Assembly (NCBI GenBank): GCA_051439605.1
Contig: JBFRWN010000044.1
Location: forward strand, 96,249 to 160,248
From: Synechococcus sp.
Lineage (GTDB): Bacteria; Cyanobacteriota; Cyanobacteriia; Thermostichales; PCC-7336
Length of the DNA: 64,000 nucleotides
Direction of reading: 5' to 3'
The notes below the pieces were generated by a model, which did not search any database, was not told the origin of the DNA, and worked only from the letters and a program-made list of their open reading frames with translations. Position 1 is the stretch's first letter. Each line of letters begins with the position of its first letter. The position numbers were made by a program, and so were the translations under genes. Shown one piece after another: positions 52,138 to 61,296 of this stretch.

Positions 52138-52416
52138 TTACCCCACTGACTGTTCCAAGAAATGATTCCAAAAAGGGTTAGCAAACAGCAGAATCATTGA
52201 CACCACAAAACAATAGATTGCCGTGGATTCTACTAGGGCCAAACCAACAAACAGGGTGCGGGTAATGGTATTAGCGCGATCGGGTTGCTGGGCCAAAGCC
52301 CCTAAGGCGCGCGCGAGGGCCAATCCTTCGCCAATCGCAGGAGCGATGGAGCCAATCGCGATCGTTGCCCCCGCAACAATAATTGAGACAATTCCAACTA
52401 ATCCTAGGTTATCCAT
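52138..52416 (-). CDS. atpE: N-ATPase subunit c with Na+-binding signature
   Basis: GSIAPAIGEG, AQQPD, TLFVGLALVESTAIY, FANPFW. Confidence 0.96.
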   Translation of the reverse strand: MDNLGLVGIVSIIVAGATIAIGSIAPAIGEGLALARALGALAQQPDRANTITRTLFVGLALVESTAIYCFVVSMILLFANPFWNHFLEQSVG

Positions 52417-52461
52417 GTAAGACTTACCTTTATAGACTGCTGAAGACCGAGACTCTTTCAT

Positions 52462-53139
52462 CTATTCCGACATTCGTTGGGTGCGCATCCCGGAGGCTAT
52501 GTAGACCGTTGCCAAAATAGCAAAGACATAGGCTTGGATGACTCCGATTAGCAGTCCAAATGCTTGCATGATAGGTGGAATGAATAACGGTACGAGGGAC
52601 ACCAAAATGGCTACCAGTAAATTGCCACTCATGATGTTTCCAAACAGGCGAATGGCTAGCGATGCTGTCCGCGTCACTTCACCTATCAGGGTGAAGGGCA
52701 GCATCAGTGGGGTAGGCTGCAAGTAGTTCTTGAGATAGTTCAGCAATCCTACTTTTTGGATGCCAAATAGGGGCACCGCTACAAAAACGCAGATCGCCAA
52801 GGCCGACGTAGTGGAGAGGGAGGCGGCGGGAGAGATGTAAAACGGTACGATCGCCAATAGGTTGGCCACTGCAATAAATAGGAAAAGGGTGCCGATAAAC
52901 GGCAGATAAGGTTTCGGCTCTTCGGCGATCGCATCGCGAATTTGTCCGGAGAGCGCCTCCACGATGATTTCCAGCAGATTTTGCCAGTTCGAGAGTGTCG
53001 ATTCTACAGACAGATTGCGCGTGATTAGCCGCGAGCCAATGACGAGAACCGCCATCACCAACCATGTGAAGCAGAGTGTGGCATTGAAACCGATATCTCC
53101 CACTTGCAACAACAGGATATTGTCCGGATTAATTTCCAT
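52462..53139 (-). CDS. atpB: N-ATPase subunit a
   Basis: NATLCFTW, WQNLLE, YLPFIGTLFLFI, SLSTT.ALA, LAIRLFGNIMSG, IQAYVFAILA.VYI. Confidence 0.95.
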   Translation of the reverse strand: MEINPDNILLLQVGDIGFNATLCFTWLVMAVLVIGSRLITRNLSVESTLSNWQNLLEIIVEALSGQIRDAIAEEPKPYLPFIGTLFLFIAVANLLAIVPFYISPAASLSTTSALAICVFVAVPLFGIQKVGLLNYLKNYLQPTPLMLPFTLIGEVTRTASLAIRLFGNIMSGNLLVAILVSLVPLFIPPIMQAFGLLIGVIQAYVFAILATVYIASGMRTQRMSE

Positions 53140-53437
53140 GCTGTGCTTCTCCCACGTCAGTATCTAAATCTTGGGGTTTCAGGCGATGGGTAAGTAACCA
53201 GCGGGCCAACAGAATGCCTGCGAGGCAAACGAGCGTTGGGGCCCACTGTCCGTCCGCTACCCAATAAATCCCGAGTAGAACCACTGCCATGCGACCCACA
53301 AAACTGCCGACAAACAATCGCGCTGGCCACTGCGTGCTGGGTAGTTGTTTCACTGTCAGCCACAGCATTCCGAAATAGAAATAGCCGAGTCCGAAGCCGA
53401 AGGGTAAAGCAATGAGCAGATGCCATTGGGGAGTCAT
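53129..53437 (-). CDS. atpR: N-ATPase accessory subunit AtpR
   Basis: GYFYFGMLWLTV..LP, SFVGRM; overlaps the atpB start; GAGGTGG RBS before ATG 53437. Confidence 0.85.
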   Translation of the reverse strand: MTPQWHLLIALPFGFGLGYFYFGMLWLTVKQLPSTQWPARLFVGSFVGRMAVVLLGIYWVADGQWAPTLVCLAGILLARWLLTHRLKPQDLDTDVGEAQHGN

Positions 53438-53724
53438 AACCACCTCTCTGAACAAGACTTGGGATGGCAGTTCGCCACCGATAAGCCCCCACGAACGACT
53501 CCTTGCCCTAATTGTGCGAGTAGAGGAGACTCGACTGACAGACTATGCCAGGAGATGGTGAGGTCTTGGGAGCTAACGCAGCTAGCGAGTAAGGGGCAGC
53601 GGGAATCAATCGGCAATTCTGGAGGACGATTCGATCTCGCACCCCTGTTTTTAGTGTCGTAGCTATTCCAATTGACATGGTTATATCAACAGGAAACCTT
53701 CCAGACCGCGATCGGTGTTTTAGC

Positions 53725-53819
53725 TATAGCGACCGTCAAGTCGCTTAGGACATTTCAGCTAACCCAATCCCTGGCTGAGCATAGATCTCTCTGTCCAAAC
53801 TGAAATGTCAAGAGCTATA
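53725..53819 (+). repeat. Structured dispersed repeat, copy 4 (best preserved)
   Basis: TATAGCGACCGTCAAGTCGCTTAGGACATTTCAG...CTGAAATGTCAAGAGCTATA; inverted GACATTTCAG/CTGAAATGTC and terminal TATAGC/GCTATA. Confidence 0.85.
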
Positions 53820-54028
53820 TTGCGTCACTGTTCAAAGACGGGTCAGACTTTTGGTCAATCATCAAAACTCCAAACCCACGACTCAATCAGGGTTTGTACG
53901 ATCTGACATCTATGCAACGTGTCACCCCGATGGCTTACGTGTTTGAACCAGGTCCATTCTGATTCCCGAGCGAGTTGGCAGCGGGATTGCATTACCCGGT
54001 CCGTCCAGGATCGATCGGTCGGGAATGG

Positions 54029-54198
54029 TTAGGAGCGGGATGGTAATTGGCTTTTCTCGAATACCTGTTGGCGATCGCCACAGCCAATCACAGAACCATG
54101 GGCAGCCATTGAGTAGGGGAAATCTAGTTCGGGATAAAACTTCGTGGCGTAGAGTAGCATATGGTTGGAATTCCACCAAGCAAACTTCGGAATCGGGA
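54029..54198 (-). pseudogene. Frameshifted fragment duplicating the 3' end of the 56210-57757 gene
   Basis: PDSEVCLVEFQP then, in another frame, LYATKFYPELDFPYSMAA..GCGDRQQVFEKS, versus PDSEVCLVEFQPSTFLYAAKFHPELDFTYSVAA..GCGDRQQVFVKS. Confidence 0.85.
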
Positions 54199-54513
54199 CG
54201 TTTCTCAAATGCCTCGGCATTAGAGTAACACTCTAATCGGGGTTCGAATAACATACAAGGCTGATTTGGTAAGGGCCAGAGGCTTTGATGTGCAATTGAA
54301 ACTGTTACCCTAACTCGAGCCATGCGTATTTTAGGGACTCTTAATAAGCAGAAATTCAAAAAGTTGACGGCCATAGATTACCTTACATATCCTATATTCC
54401 CTGCCCTGAAATGCTTCTGGAATTTAACCATACTGAACCAGTCCTGCAGATTTTACAATTGATTTAGGGCTGCTATAGGTATTGTTGAGGGCGGAAAATC
54501 CGCATTATGAGCT

Positions 54514-56001
54514 ATGTCTGTAAACCCCCTAGCTGAGATCCGCTCGAAGAGTGAACTAATTCTGAAAGGAGTGGCTTTTATTGCACTTTTATCTTTATTT
54601 CTGAAGGCCATTATTGATATTGACCAGGCGTTTGATACGTGGTGGTATCACATCCCCTTTGCCGCGCGATTGTGGAATCTCGTTCCTGCCGATCGATATA
54701 CTAACTTCGTTAAAGAAGAGTTTAGATATCTCGGATTCCCCCTACTGATTGAATATTTGAGTGGCTTTTTATGGTGGGCGACCCGGCACGTACAAGCTGG
54801 AAATCTGGTTAACTACTTTTGCTTGATTCTCTACTGTGTATTTCTGCAGGCTTACTTTAAGGTTCCCTTCTATCTAAGTAGTCTGGCACTGTTAGCAGTG
54901 CCTCTGGTGCAAATTCATGCGTCTACCTATTATGTTGATTTGCCTGGAGCGGTTTTTCTATCCGGTGTTGTTCTGCTGACTTATCGTCTGTTTGTTCTTG
55001 ATGGAAATGATGCCGATACGCCTAAAGATTTGCTGCTGATAATCATACTGTCTACTATGGCAGTCAATACTAAATTTCAATTCATCCCATTAGTAGCGTT
55101 TGTGCTGGCGATCGCCCTGGCTCGGATTGTTTGGATTCGCTGGAAGTTGTTTCGAGGCCAGGAAAAGACGCTACGACATTTACTGACATTGCTGCCGACA
55201 ACTATTTTGGGAGGGGCACTGATTTTTGCGACGCCTCTCAAAAATCTCGCTATTTACGGCAATCCATTTTACCCAATTCGCTTTGAGGTGGCGGGAATTG
55301 TTCTCAACCACGATATTGGATTCTACCAACATGCTGCCGATTCTGTGGCTGAAGTTCCGCAGGTGCAGCGGTGGCTTTATTCCATTTTGGAAGTGAGGAG
55401 TCCACTGTGGAATATCGACCAATGGAGTCCCGATCCATCGTTAAGTCGGCTGGGGGGATTTTTTGGTGCCTATGTCATCTTTAATCTGCTGCTGTTGGTG
55501 TATCTGTGTTGGCACCACCGATCTCGCGCATCATTCATGGCGATCGCAGTTTTGGTCATCATGTCAGCCGTTACAGCGTTGGCCCCACAGTCCCACGAGC
55601 TGCGATACTACATGTATTGGATGGTGACGCTGGTTTCTCTGAATCTGTTGCTGCTTGCCGCTCTCGAGCGATCGCCCCAACCTTCTCGATGGCTCAATTT
55701 TTCGTCAATAGGGATTGCTTGCGTAGCGTTTTTATTGATTGTGATAGTTCGGACGAATTTTGCTTACATTGCTCCGACTTTCCATACCCTCGATACCCAT
55801 TTTAAATACTTTTTCGACCCGAATATACTGGCGCAGATTCAACCCGATGAAGACGTCTGTTTAATTAATCGTAGCCAGCAGTATCGAAAGACTTTCCTTT
55901 ACGCACCCATTTTTCATCGTGACCTAGGCTATACCTATTCCATTCGAGCTGCTCTCGAACCGGAAGAATGTGGCGATCTTCGTCAAATAGAAGTCCCCTA
56001 A
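54514..56001 (+). CDS. Multi-TM membrane protein, putative GT-C-fold glycosyltransferase; paralog of 56210-57757
   Basis: DTWWYHIPFAA in the first loop, HASTYYVDLP, GNPFYP, PQSHELRYYMYW; many TM helices. Confidence 0.75.
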   Translation: MSVNPLAEIRSKSELILKGVAFIALLSLFLKAIIDIDQAFDTWWYHIPFAARLWNLVPADRYTNFVKEEFRYLGFPLLIEYLSGFLWWATRHVQAGNLVNYFCLILYCVFLQAYFKVPFYLSSLALLAVPLVQIHASTYYVDLPGAVFLSGVVLLTYRLFVLDGNDADTPKDLLLIIILSTMAVNTKFQFIPLVAFVLAIALARIVWIRWKLFRGQEKTLRHLLTLLPTTILGGALIFATPLKNLAIYGNPFYPIRFEVAGIVLNHDIGFYQHAADSVAEVPQVQRWLYSILEVRSPLWNIDQWSPDPSLSRLGGFFGAYVIFNLLLLVYLCWHHRSRASFMAIAVLVIMSAVTALAPQSHELRYYMYWMVTLVSLNLLLLAALERSPQPSRWLNFSSIGIACVAFLLIVIVRTNFAYIAPTFHTLDTHFKYFFDPNILAQIQPDEDVCLINRSQQYRKTFLYAPIFHRDLGYTYSIRAALEPEECGDLRQIEVP

Positions 56002-56209
56002 ATGCTCGTCACAAGCATATTATCAAATTGTAAGTGTCTACATGGTTAACTACGATTTACCTGCAAACTGTTAACCCGGCAAAGCAATCGTGAGGCACAC
56101 TCCCACCGAATCCAAAGAATACTTTGCCAACAATGGAAAAGCTTGCCGAACGGCGTTATCAGTTCGTGGATCAATTAAATTAAGAGCGACCTGTTGGTCG
56201 CCTCAGAAA

Positions 56210-57757
56210 TCATTTTGGGGTTTCGGATATGGTTGAACAATACCAGCTGTTATCCCACTCGATCGGACATGTTTGTGTGAAGGGGGATAAATGACTTTTA
56301 ACGAAGACTTGCTGGCGATCGCCACAGCCATCCACAGAAATATTGGCTGCCACAGAGTAGGTAAAATCTAATTCGGGATGGAACTTTGCGGCGTAGAGAA
56401 ATGTAGAGGGTTGAAATTCCACCAGGCAAACTTCGGAATCGGGTTCGATTCGATCGATCACATCTTGGCGCACGGTGTAGCCAATCAAATCATTGAGACT
56501 CAAAAAACTGGGTTTGATGTAGTGAGCATTCGTACCGAAGATGACAGCAATGACTGCTGCCACGCCCACCAACCCCACCCATTGAGGTTTGAGCGTTTTA
56601 AGTGGACCTGGCGATTGGGCTAAGCGGCAAACGGTGACCAGATTCAGCGACACCAGCGTCACCATCCAATATATGTAGTATCGCAGCTCGTGGGATTGAG
56701 GCAAGATCGAGGCAATCGCCGACATTCCTAAGGCAGTGGCAGCAGCAGCGAGAGTTTCCCGCGACCGATCGCGCACGATAGTCACAACCAACAGCACCAA
56801 ATTGAAAATCACGTAGACTCCGTTAAAGCCTCCCATGCGGTTCTTTTCAGGGTTTTGACTCCATTGATCGATAGTCCAGGGGGCGCTGTTAATTTCCAAG
56901 ACCGAAACAGCCCATCGTTGCGGGCGCGGCACTGACTCTAGATGGGGTGGAGCCGCGTTGTAGAGAGGCATGTCGTGGTTGAGGACGTGACCCGCAATCT
57001 CGATCCTCACCGGATAAAACGGGTTCCGATACAGAATCGTGTTCTTGATCGGGGTGGCGAAGATGATTAAGCCCGCAAGAACAGCGGTCAGCAACACTGG
57101 GGCAATCCTTTTAGTCTGAATCTGATGGGCCCGAATGCTAGCGGAGAAGACCCAGAGCAGTCTTGCGGCGATAACCACCAGAATGACAAAGGTGAGCGGA
57201 ATCAGCTGAGGCTTGGAATTGGCGGCAAAGGCAGCTGCAGTGAAGATCGTCAGTAGGTGAGCTCGGGTGGGCCGCCCCTTCCAAGTGAACAGACGATAGA
57301 CCATTATGACCAGCACGGCAATGCCGATGTTAGCAGGCAAATCGACGTAGCAGGAAGTGGCGTGGCTCTGTACCAACGGAATACCGAACAGTGTCAGCAG
57401 CGACAAATAAAGCGGCACCGCAAACGTCGCTCTAAGGAACAGACTAAAAATGATGACGCTGCCCCAGCCGACTAAATTCGCGGCCTGTACCCGCTGCGTT
57501 ACGAACCAAAACATCCCCTGGAAAAATTCCACCAGAATGGGAAACCCTTTGTAGCGAGCTTGCTCGTGGGGTTCGGTGAAGTACATCGGTTCTGGCACGA
57601 TGTTCCACAACTTAGCGGCAAAAGGGAGATGATAGTTCCAGGTATCCCAGGTATCATCGACATCGATAATCCCCCGCAAAAAGATCGATATCGCGACAGC
57701 ACCAGCGATCGCCACTAACAGCGTTTCCAACCCCAGTTTGTGGTTTCCAACTTTCAT
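56210..57757 (-). CDS. Multi-TM membrane protein, putative GT-C-fold glycosyltransferase; paralog of 54514-56001
   Basis: DTWNYHLPFAA, HATSCYVDLP, RNPFYP, PQSHELRYYIYW. Confidence 0.75.
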   Translation of the reverse strand: MKVGNHKLGLETLLVAIAGAVAISIFLRGIIDVDDTWDTWNYHLPFAAKLWNIVPEPMYFTEPHEQARYKGFPILVEFFQGMFWFVTQRVQAANLVGWGSVIIFSLFLRATFAVPLYLSLLTLFGIPLVQSHATSCYVDLPANIGIAVLVIMVYRLFTWKGRPTRAHLLTIFTAAAFAANSKPQLIPLTFVILVVIAARLLWVFSASIRAHQIQTKRIAPVLLTAVLAGLIIFATPIKNTILYRNPFYPVRIEIAGHVLNHDMPLYNAAPPHLESVPRPQRWAVSVLEINSAPWTIDQWSQNPEKNRMGGFNGVYVIFNLVLLVVTIVRDRSRETLAAAATALGMSAIASILPQSHELRYYIYWMVTLVSLNLVTVCRLAQSPGPLKTLKPQWVGLVGVAAVIAVIFGTNAHYIKPSFLSLNDLIGYTVRQDVIDRIEPDSEVCLVEFQPSTFLYAAKFHPELDFTYSVAANISVDGCGDRQQVFVKSHLSPFTQTCPIEWDNSWYCSTISETPK

Positions 57758-57762
57758 TTCGC

Positions 57763-58992
57763 TTAGCTACTCGAAGGAGAGATGAGTGACTGAAAAAGGT
57801 TCACATATCGATCGGCGCAGCCCTGCCAACTCCAGTGCTCACGGGCAAAGGAGGCTACTTGAAGGCGCAAATCCGCAAGCATCCGATCGCGGTCTTGCAA
57901 AATAGTTGTCAACCGGTCCGACCATGTGGAAACGGCATCAGTTTCCACATCCGCTACCAAGATGAGGGGGCGAGCAGCACTGTAGGCCGAAGCTGTTTCG
58001 GGACTGACCATGGCAGGGGTGCCACAGGCCATTGCCTCTTGCACCACCAGTGGAAAGCCTTCGCCTTTGCTGGGCAATACCAGTAAATCGGCAACTTGGT
58101 AGAGGGGGGTCAGTTGGGGGCCTCGACGATCGCGAAATACTCGCACGTTAGGCATGTCCCAGGTATCTGGGTCGAGCGGTCCCCATCCAGCAAAGAGCCA
58201 GGACACCGAGGGGAATCGTTGGGCCACATCTTTGAGAATGGACAGGCCTTTTTTCTCGACGAACCGTCCTACAAACAAAAATATCGGTTTGTCCTTCGGT
58301 AGATCTAAGTCCTGCCGAACTAGCTCTCGCTTAGAGGGCTCGATCGGAATGTAAACCTCGGTGTCTACTCCGTTCGGAATCAGCATTGCTGGAGTCCGAA
58401 ACCATGTCTGGCGGTTGAAGTAGGCTTGCACCCCTTCACTGATAAATACAGTGCGGTCAGCTTGTCCCAATACTAGCGAACCCAAGGTGCGATTTAATAT
58501 CGACAAGATGCTGCGGAGCAGTGCACTGTCGTAGGGGATAAACCCAATGTGCTGGGTGACGACAACTGGTTTGCCACAAAGCTTGGCAAACAGGAATGCC
58601 GCCATATTTCCCATATACAAATAATCGTGCACGTGCACGACATCAGCTGCTCGCACCTCTTTCCACAGCCGGACTAACGACGGCAAGCTCCACAGCGGAT
58701 ACGGCAGTTGCAGCTTGTCTTCGACAATATTGCACGCGCGGGCTGGTATACACTTTAGACCGTCAACTCCTTCGGAAGCTGGGGTAACGTCGCTTGCCAT
58801 CCACCGCACGGTCACGTCACCAGTACTGGCTAAGAACTTGGCCAATGTACCGGCAACAATTTCTATGCCGCCACGGTGAGTGGAATAGAAGTGAGACACC
58901 AATAGTACGGTGATTGGGGCGGAGGGGCCGGATACAGACATCAAAAGTGGCTCCGTGCGGCGAGCAGAGTTCTGGATGGAGGAGAAAGGCAC
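57763..58992 (-). CDS. Glycosyltransferase family 4
   Basis: GGIE, IPNGVD, FVGRFVEKKG, PSKGEGFPLVVQEAMACGTP (Ex7E). Alternative ATG at 58941. Confidence 0.93.
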   Translation of the reverse strand: MPFSSIQNSARRTEPLLMSVSGPSAPITVLLVSHFYSTHRGGIEIVAGTLAKFLASTGDVTVRWMASDVTPASEGVDGLKCIPARACNIVEDKLQLPYPLWSLPSLVRLWKEVRAADVVHVHDYLYMGNMAAFLFAKLCGKPVVVTQHIGFIPYDSALLRSILSILNRTLGSLVLGQADRTVFISEGVQAYFNRQTWFRTPAMLIPNGVDTEVYIPIEPSKRELVRQDLDLPKDKPIFLFVGRFVEKKGLSILKDVAQRFPSVSWLFAGWGPLDPDTWDMPNVRVFRDRRGPQLTPLYQVADLLVLPSKGEGFPLVVQEAMACGTPAMVSPETASAYSAARPLILVADVETDAVSTWSDRLTTILQDRDRMLADLRLQVASFAREHWSWQGCADRYVNLFQSLISPSSS

Positions 58993-58999
58993 AAACTAA

Positions 59000-60013
59000 T
59001 CACAATTGAGAGGTTTCCTCGTTTGGTTTGGGCTGTACAAATAGTTTGGGGATGACAACCAGTCCTGCGTAAAATAGACCGATGGCAACAGTGCCGACAA
59101 AGAAGAGAATGCGCTGAACAATGGCATAATTGGCTGCCACCGTGCTAGATACTCCAAAGAGCTGCAAACTGCCGATCCAGGTCCATTCCATGAGACCGAG
59201 GTTGGCTGGGGTAAAACCCACAATCATTGACAGATAGACAAGCGGATTGGTGAAGACTATGGCCCACGAGCCTATCTGAAATCCTCCGGCCATGACGATA
59301 AATAAGCTGCGCAGAATCATGTTGCCGTAACGAAAAATCGCCAGCCAAAAGAGCCATAGGGTAAAGCGGGACTTGAAGACGGGGGCATTGTAGAAAAATG
59401 TATGGAGGTCGACCGCTGGCTGTTGGCGAAAAAGCCGCTGTTTAACAGCAATGTAAAACTTGACGAAAGCCAAAATAGCAGGCTGACTCCAGCCCCGAAT
59501 CAGAAAGGGGACAATGAACAAGGTCATCAGGGTCAGAAACAGGGCAATGGGTTCTGAGATCTGGTTGATGGCCAGAAGAAGCGCGGGTGGAATCACCAGT
59601 ACTGGCACAATCAAGTTGAAAACTTGATCGTAAAACACTGCAAACACGCTTTTTCTGAGTGAGCTCAGCCCGTGGAACTTCATGGCAAAGCTCTGTACGG
59701 CCATCATGCTGAGCTGCTGCGGTACGAGCTGACCGAGCATGGCCCCAAAGGTGATGTAGGGCATATAAAAATCTCGGTTTCCGGCATCCTCACCGGCAAC
59801 CTTGCGCGAAATCACCTTCCACTTATAGGCGCTTAGCCACAGGTGGAGCCAAGTAGTAACGAGTACCATGAAAGCATAGAAGGGGTTGAGCTGCCGCAAT
59901 GACTCGACAACTTCTGGCATGCCGATCCCGGTCAACTTGAGAACCAACCCTAGGAGGAAGATGCCCAAGCCGAGCGACAGAATGCTGAAAATGGCTTTTT
60001 TTGGGGTCAGCAT
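59000..60013 (-). CDS. Lysylphosphatidylglycerol synthase TM/UPF0104 flippase-like membrane protein
   Basis: Multiple TM helices, AYKWK, GQLVP, TPANLGLME, QR motif. Confidence 0.75.
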   Translation of the reverse strand: MLTPKKAIFSILSLGLGIFLLGLVLKLTGIGMPEVVESLRQLNPFYAFMVLVTTWLHLWLSAYKWKVISRKVAGEDAGNRDFYMPYITFGAMLGQLVPQQLSMMAVQSFAMKFHGLSSLRKSVFAVFYDQVFNLIVPVLVIPPALLLAINQISEPIALFLTLMTLFIVPFLIRGWSQPAILAFVKFYIAVKQRLFRQQPAVDLHTFFYNAPVFKSRFTLWLFWLAIFRYGNMILRSLFIVMAGGFQIGSWAIVFTNPLVYLSMIVGFTPANLGLMEWTWIGSLQLFGVSSTVAANYAIVQRILFFVGTVAIGLFYAGLVVIPKLFVQPKPNEETSQL

Positions 60014-60174
60014 AGCAAGGCGCCAGAGAATAAATATCGCAGGAGCGGGCAATAGCACCAATCGAAGCAATTGACGATCGCCAACGCAATGCATGCATCT
60101 AGTCCGATGGCCCATCCTTCACAGGTGGCAGACACAACACCATCAGTTCCGCGATAGAGAGCAGCAGCTACCAT

Positions 60175-61110
60175 TTACAGTCGGTCGTAACCCCATTTAG
60201 ATGTCAGATCGATATCCATATAGCTGGATATTTTCTCTACTTCTGGCTTGAACTTGTACATTAACTGTTGACGCAGTTCTGCGGGGACAAATGTTTGTCG
60301 GTTGTCCTTTTTCCACAAAATCGGTTCGACTACATGTTCCCGCATCCACTCGTACATTTCGGGGGTAAAGACAGCTTGATAGACCTTACGCAACACTGGA
60401 TGGTAGATAACATTAGTTAACCCGGCAAACCGCACAGTGGTGCGAGAGTTAACGGGTCGGAATTCGGCAGCAAATTTGGGATCGATTTCCAAGAAGTTCA
60501 ACACATCCCGGTAGGTTGCCATGTTGTCAGAGCGGAAATCTTCGGAGATCACGACTTTGATTTGCGAAGCATCGAATACGTCATAGAAACGTTTCACCTG
60601 GTTGTAATAATCGATCCGCTCGGTGTAGTAGAGCCATGACGGGCAGCGAACTCGGGGGGCAATATGCTGGCCTTGCTTGCGCAGGGGCTCTAGCTCGATG
60701 GCTTTGGAAAAGTCTTTAACGTCATCTGTGGTGGTATTGACGTACAAGTTGTGTAGCGAGTTCAGCCAATCGACCGGACTCCGCAGCATAATAATGATGC
60801 GAGCATCGGGGTTGAACTTGTGAATCTCCTCAGCCACGACTTCTGAGGATAGGTATTCGGCGGACGCTTCGCCAAGCCACTTTTCAGCGCCAGCTTTTGA
60901 GAATAATTCGAGATAGGATTTCTCGTCACGGAACTGGTAGAACATCTGGCTGCCGTGAAAGCGATCGCTCTCGGTATGGAAGTCTTTGCAGAAGTAATGA
61001 GGCTCTTTGACCGGGGTCATATAAATGTCGGGATGCTCGCCAAGGAAGCGGTGGAGAGCAGTCGTACCCGTTTTGGCATGGCCGACAATAAATAAGTTTG
61101 GTTTCCTCAT
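60175..61110 (-). CDS. Sulfotransferase
   Basis: PNLFIVGHAKTGTTAL (5'-PSB loop), HPDI..KEPHYF, GEASAEYL, IIIMLRSP (3'-PB). Confidence 0.92.
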   Translation of the reverse strand: MRKPNLFIVGHAKTGTTALHRFLGEHPDIYMTPVKEPHYFCKDFHTESDRFHGSQMFYQFRDEKSYLELFSKAGAEKWLGEASAEYLSSEVVAEEIHKFNPDARIIIMLRSPVDWLNSLHNLYVNTTTDDVKDFSKAIELEPLRKQGQHIAPRVRCPSWLYYTERIDYYNQVKRFYDVFDASQIKVVISEDFRSDNMATYRDVLNFLEIDPKFAAEFRPVNSRTTVRFAGLTNVIYHPVLRKVYQAVFTPEMYEWMREHVVEPILWKKDNRQTFVPAELRQQLMYKFKPEVEKISSYMDIDLTSKWGYDRL

Positions 61111-61296
61111 AGAACACTCCTATAGACTCTCTTCCAGCCCAATTGAACAAAAAACATCAACTGCAAAATCTATAAAATAAATGCGCTACTGCGTTGCTAG
61201 GGCGTACATCAAGACATTGGGGCACCCACTGGGTCTATCCTCCAAACGTGGAAGGGTGGGAGCGGCCTTAGGCCCTCTTCAACCCAATCAGCCTCG

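Noticed and set aside
53438..53660. Possible atpQ remnant (IDSRCP...ISW in one minus frame)
   Set aside because: Only a few residues match and no hydrophobic helices remain; not distinguishable from chance by eye.
13804..53819. GCGACCGTCAAGTCGC hairpin considered as a CRISPR repeat
   Set aside because: The copies are kilobases apart, similarity continues past the hairpin, and there are no spacers or cas genes.
54235..54255. GGTTCGAAT (and GGTTCGATTC at about 56441) as tRNA T-loops
   Set aside because: No cloverleaf can be formed around either; the second lies inside a CDS.
53922..54374. 150-aa ORF as a real gene
   Set aside because: It is a chimeric read-through that crosses the frameshifted duplicated fragment; treated as a pseudogene fragment.
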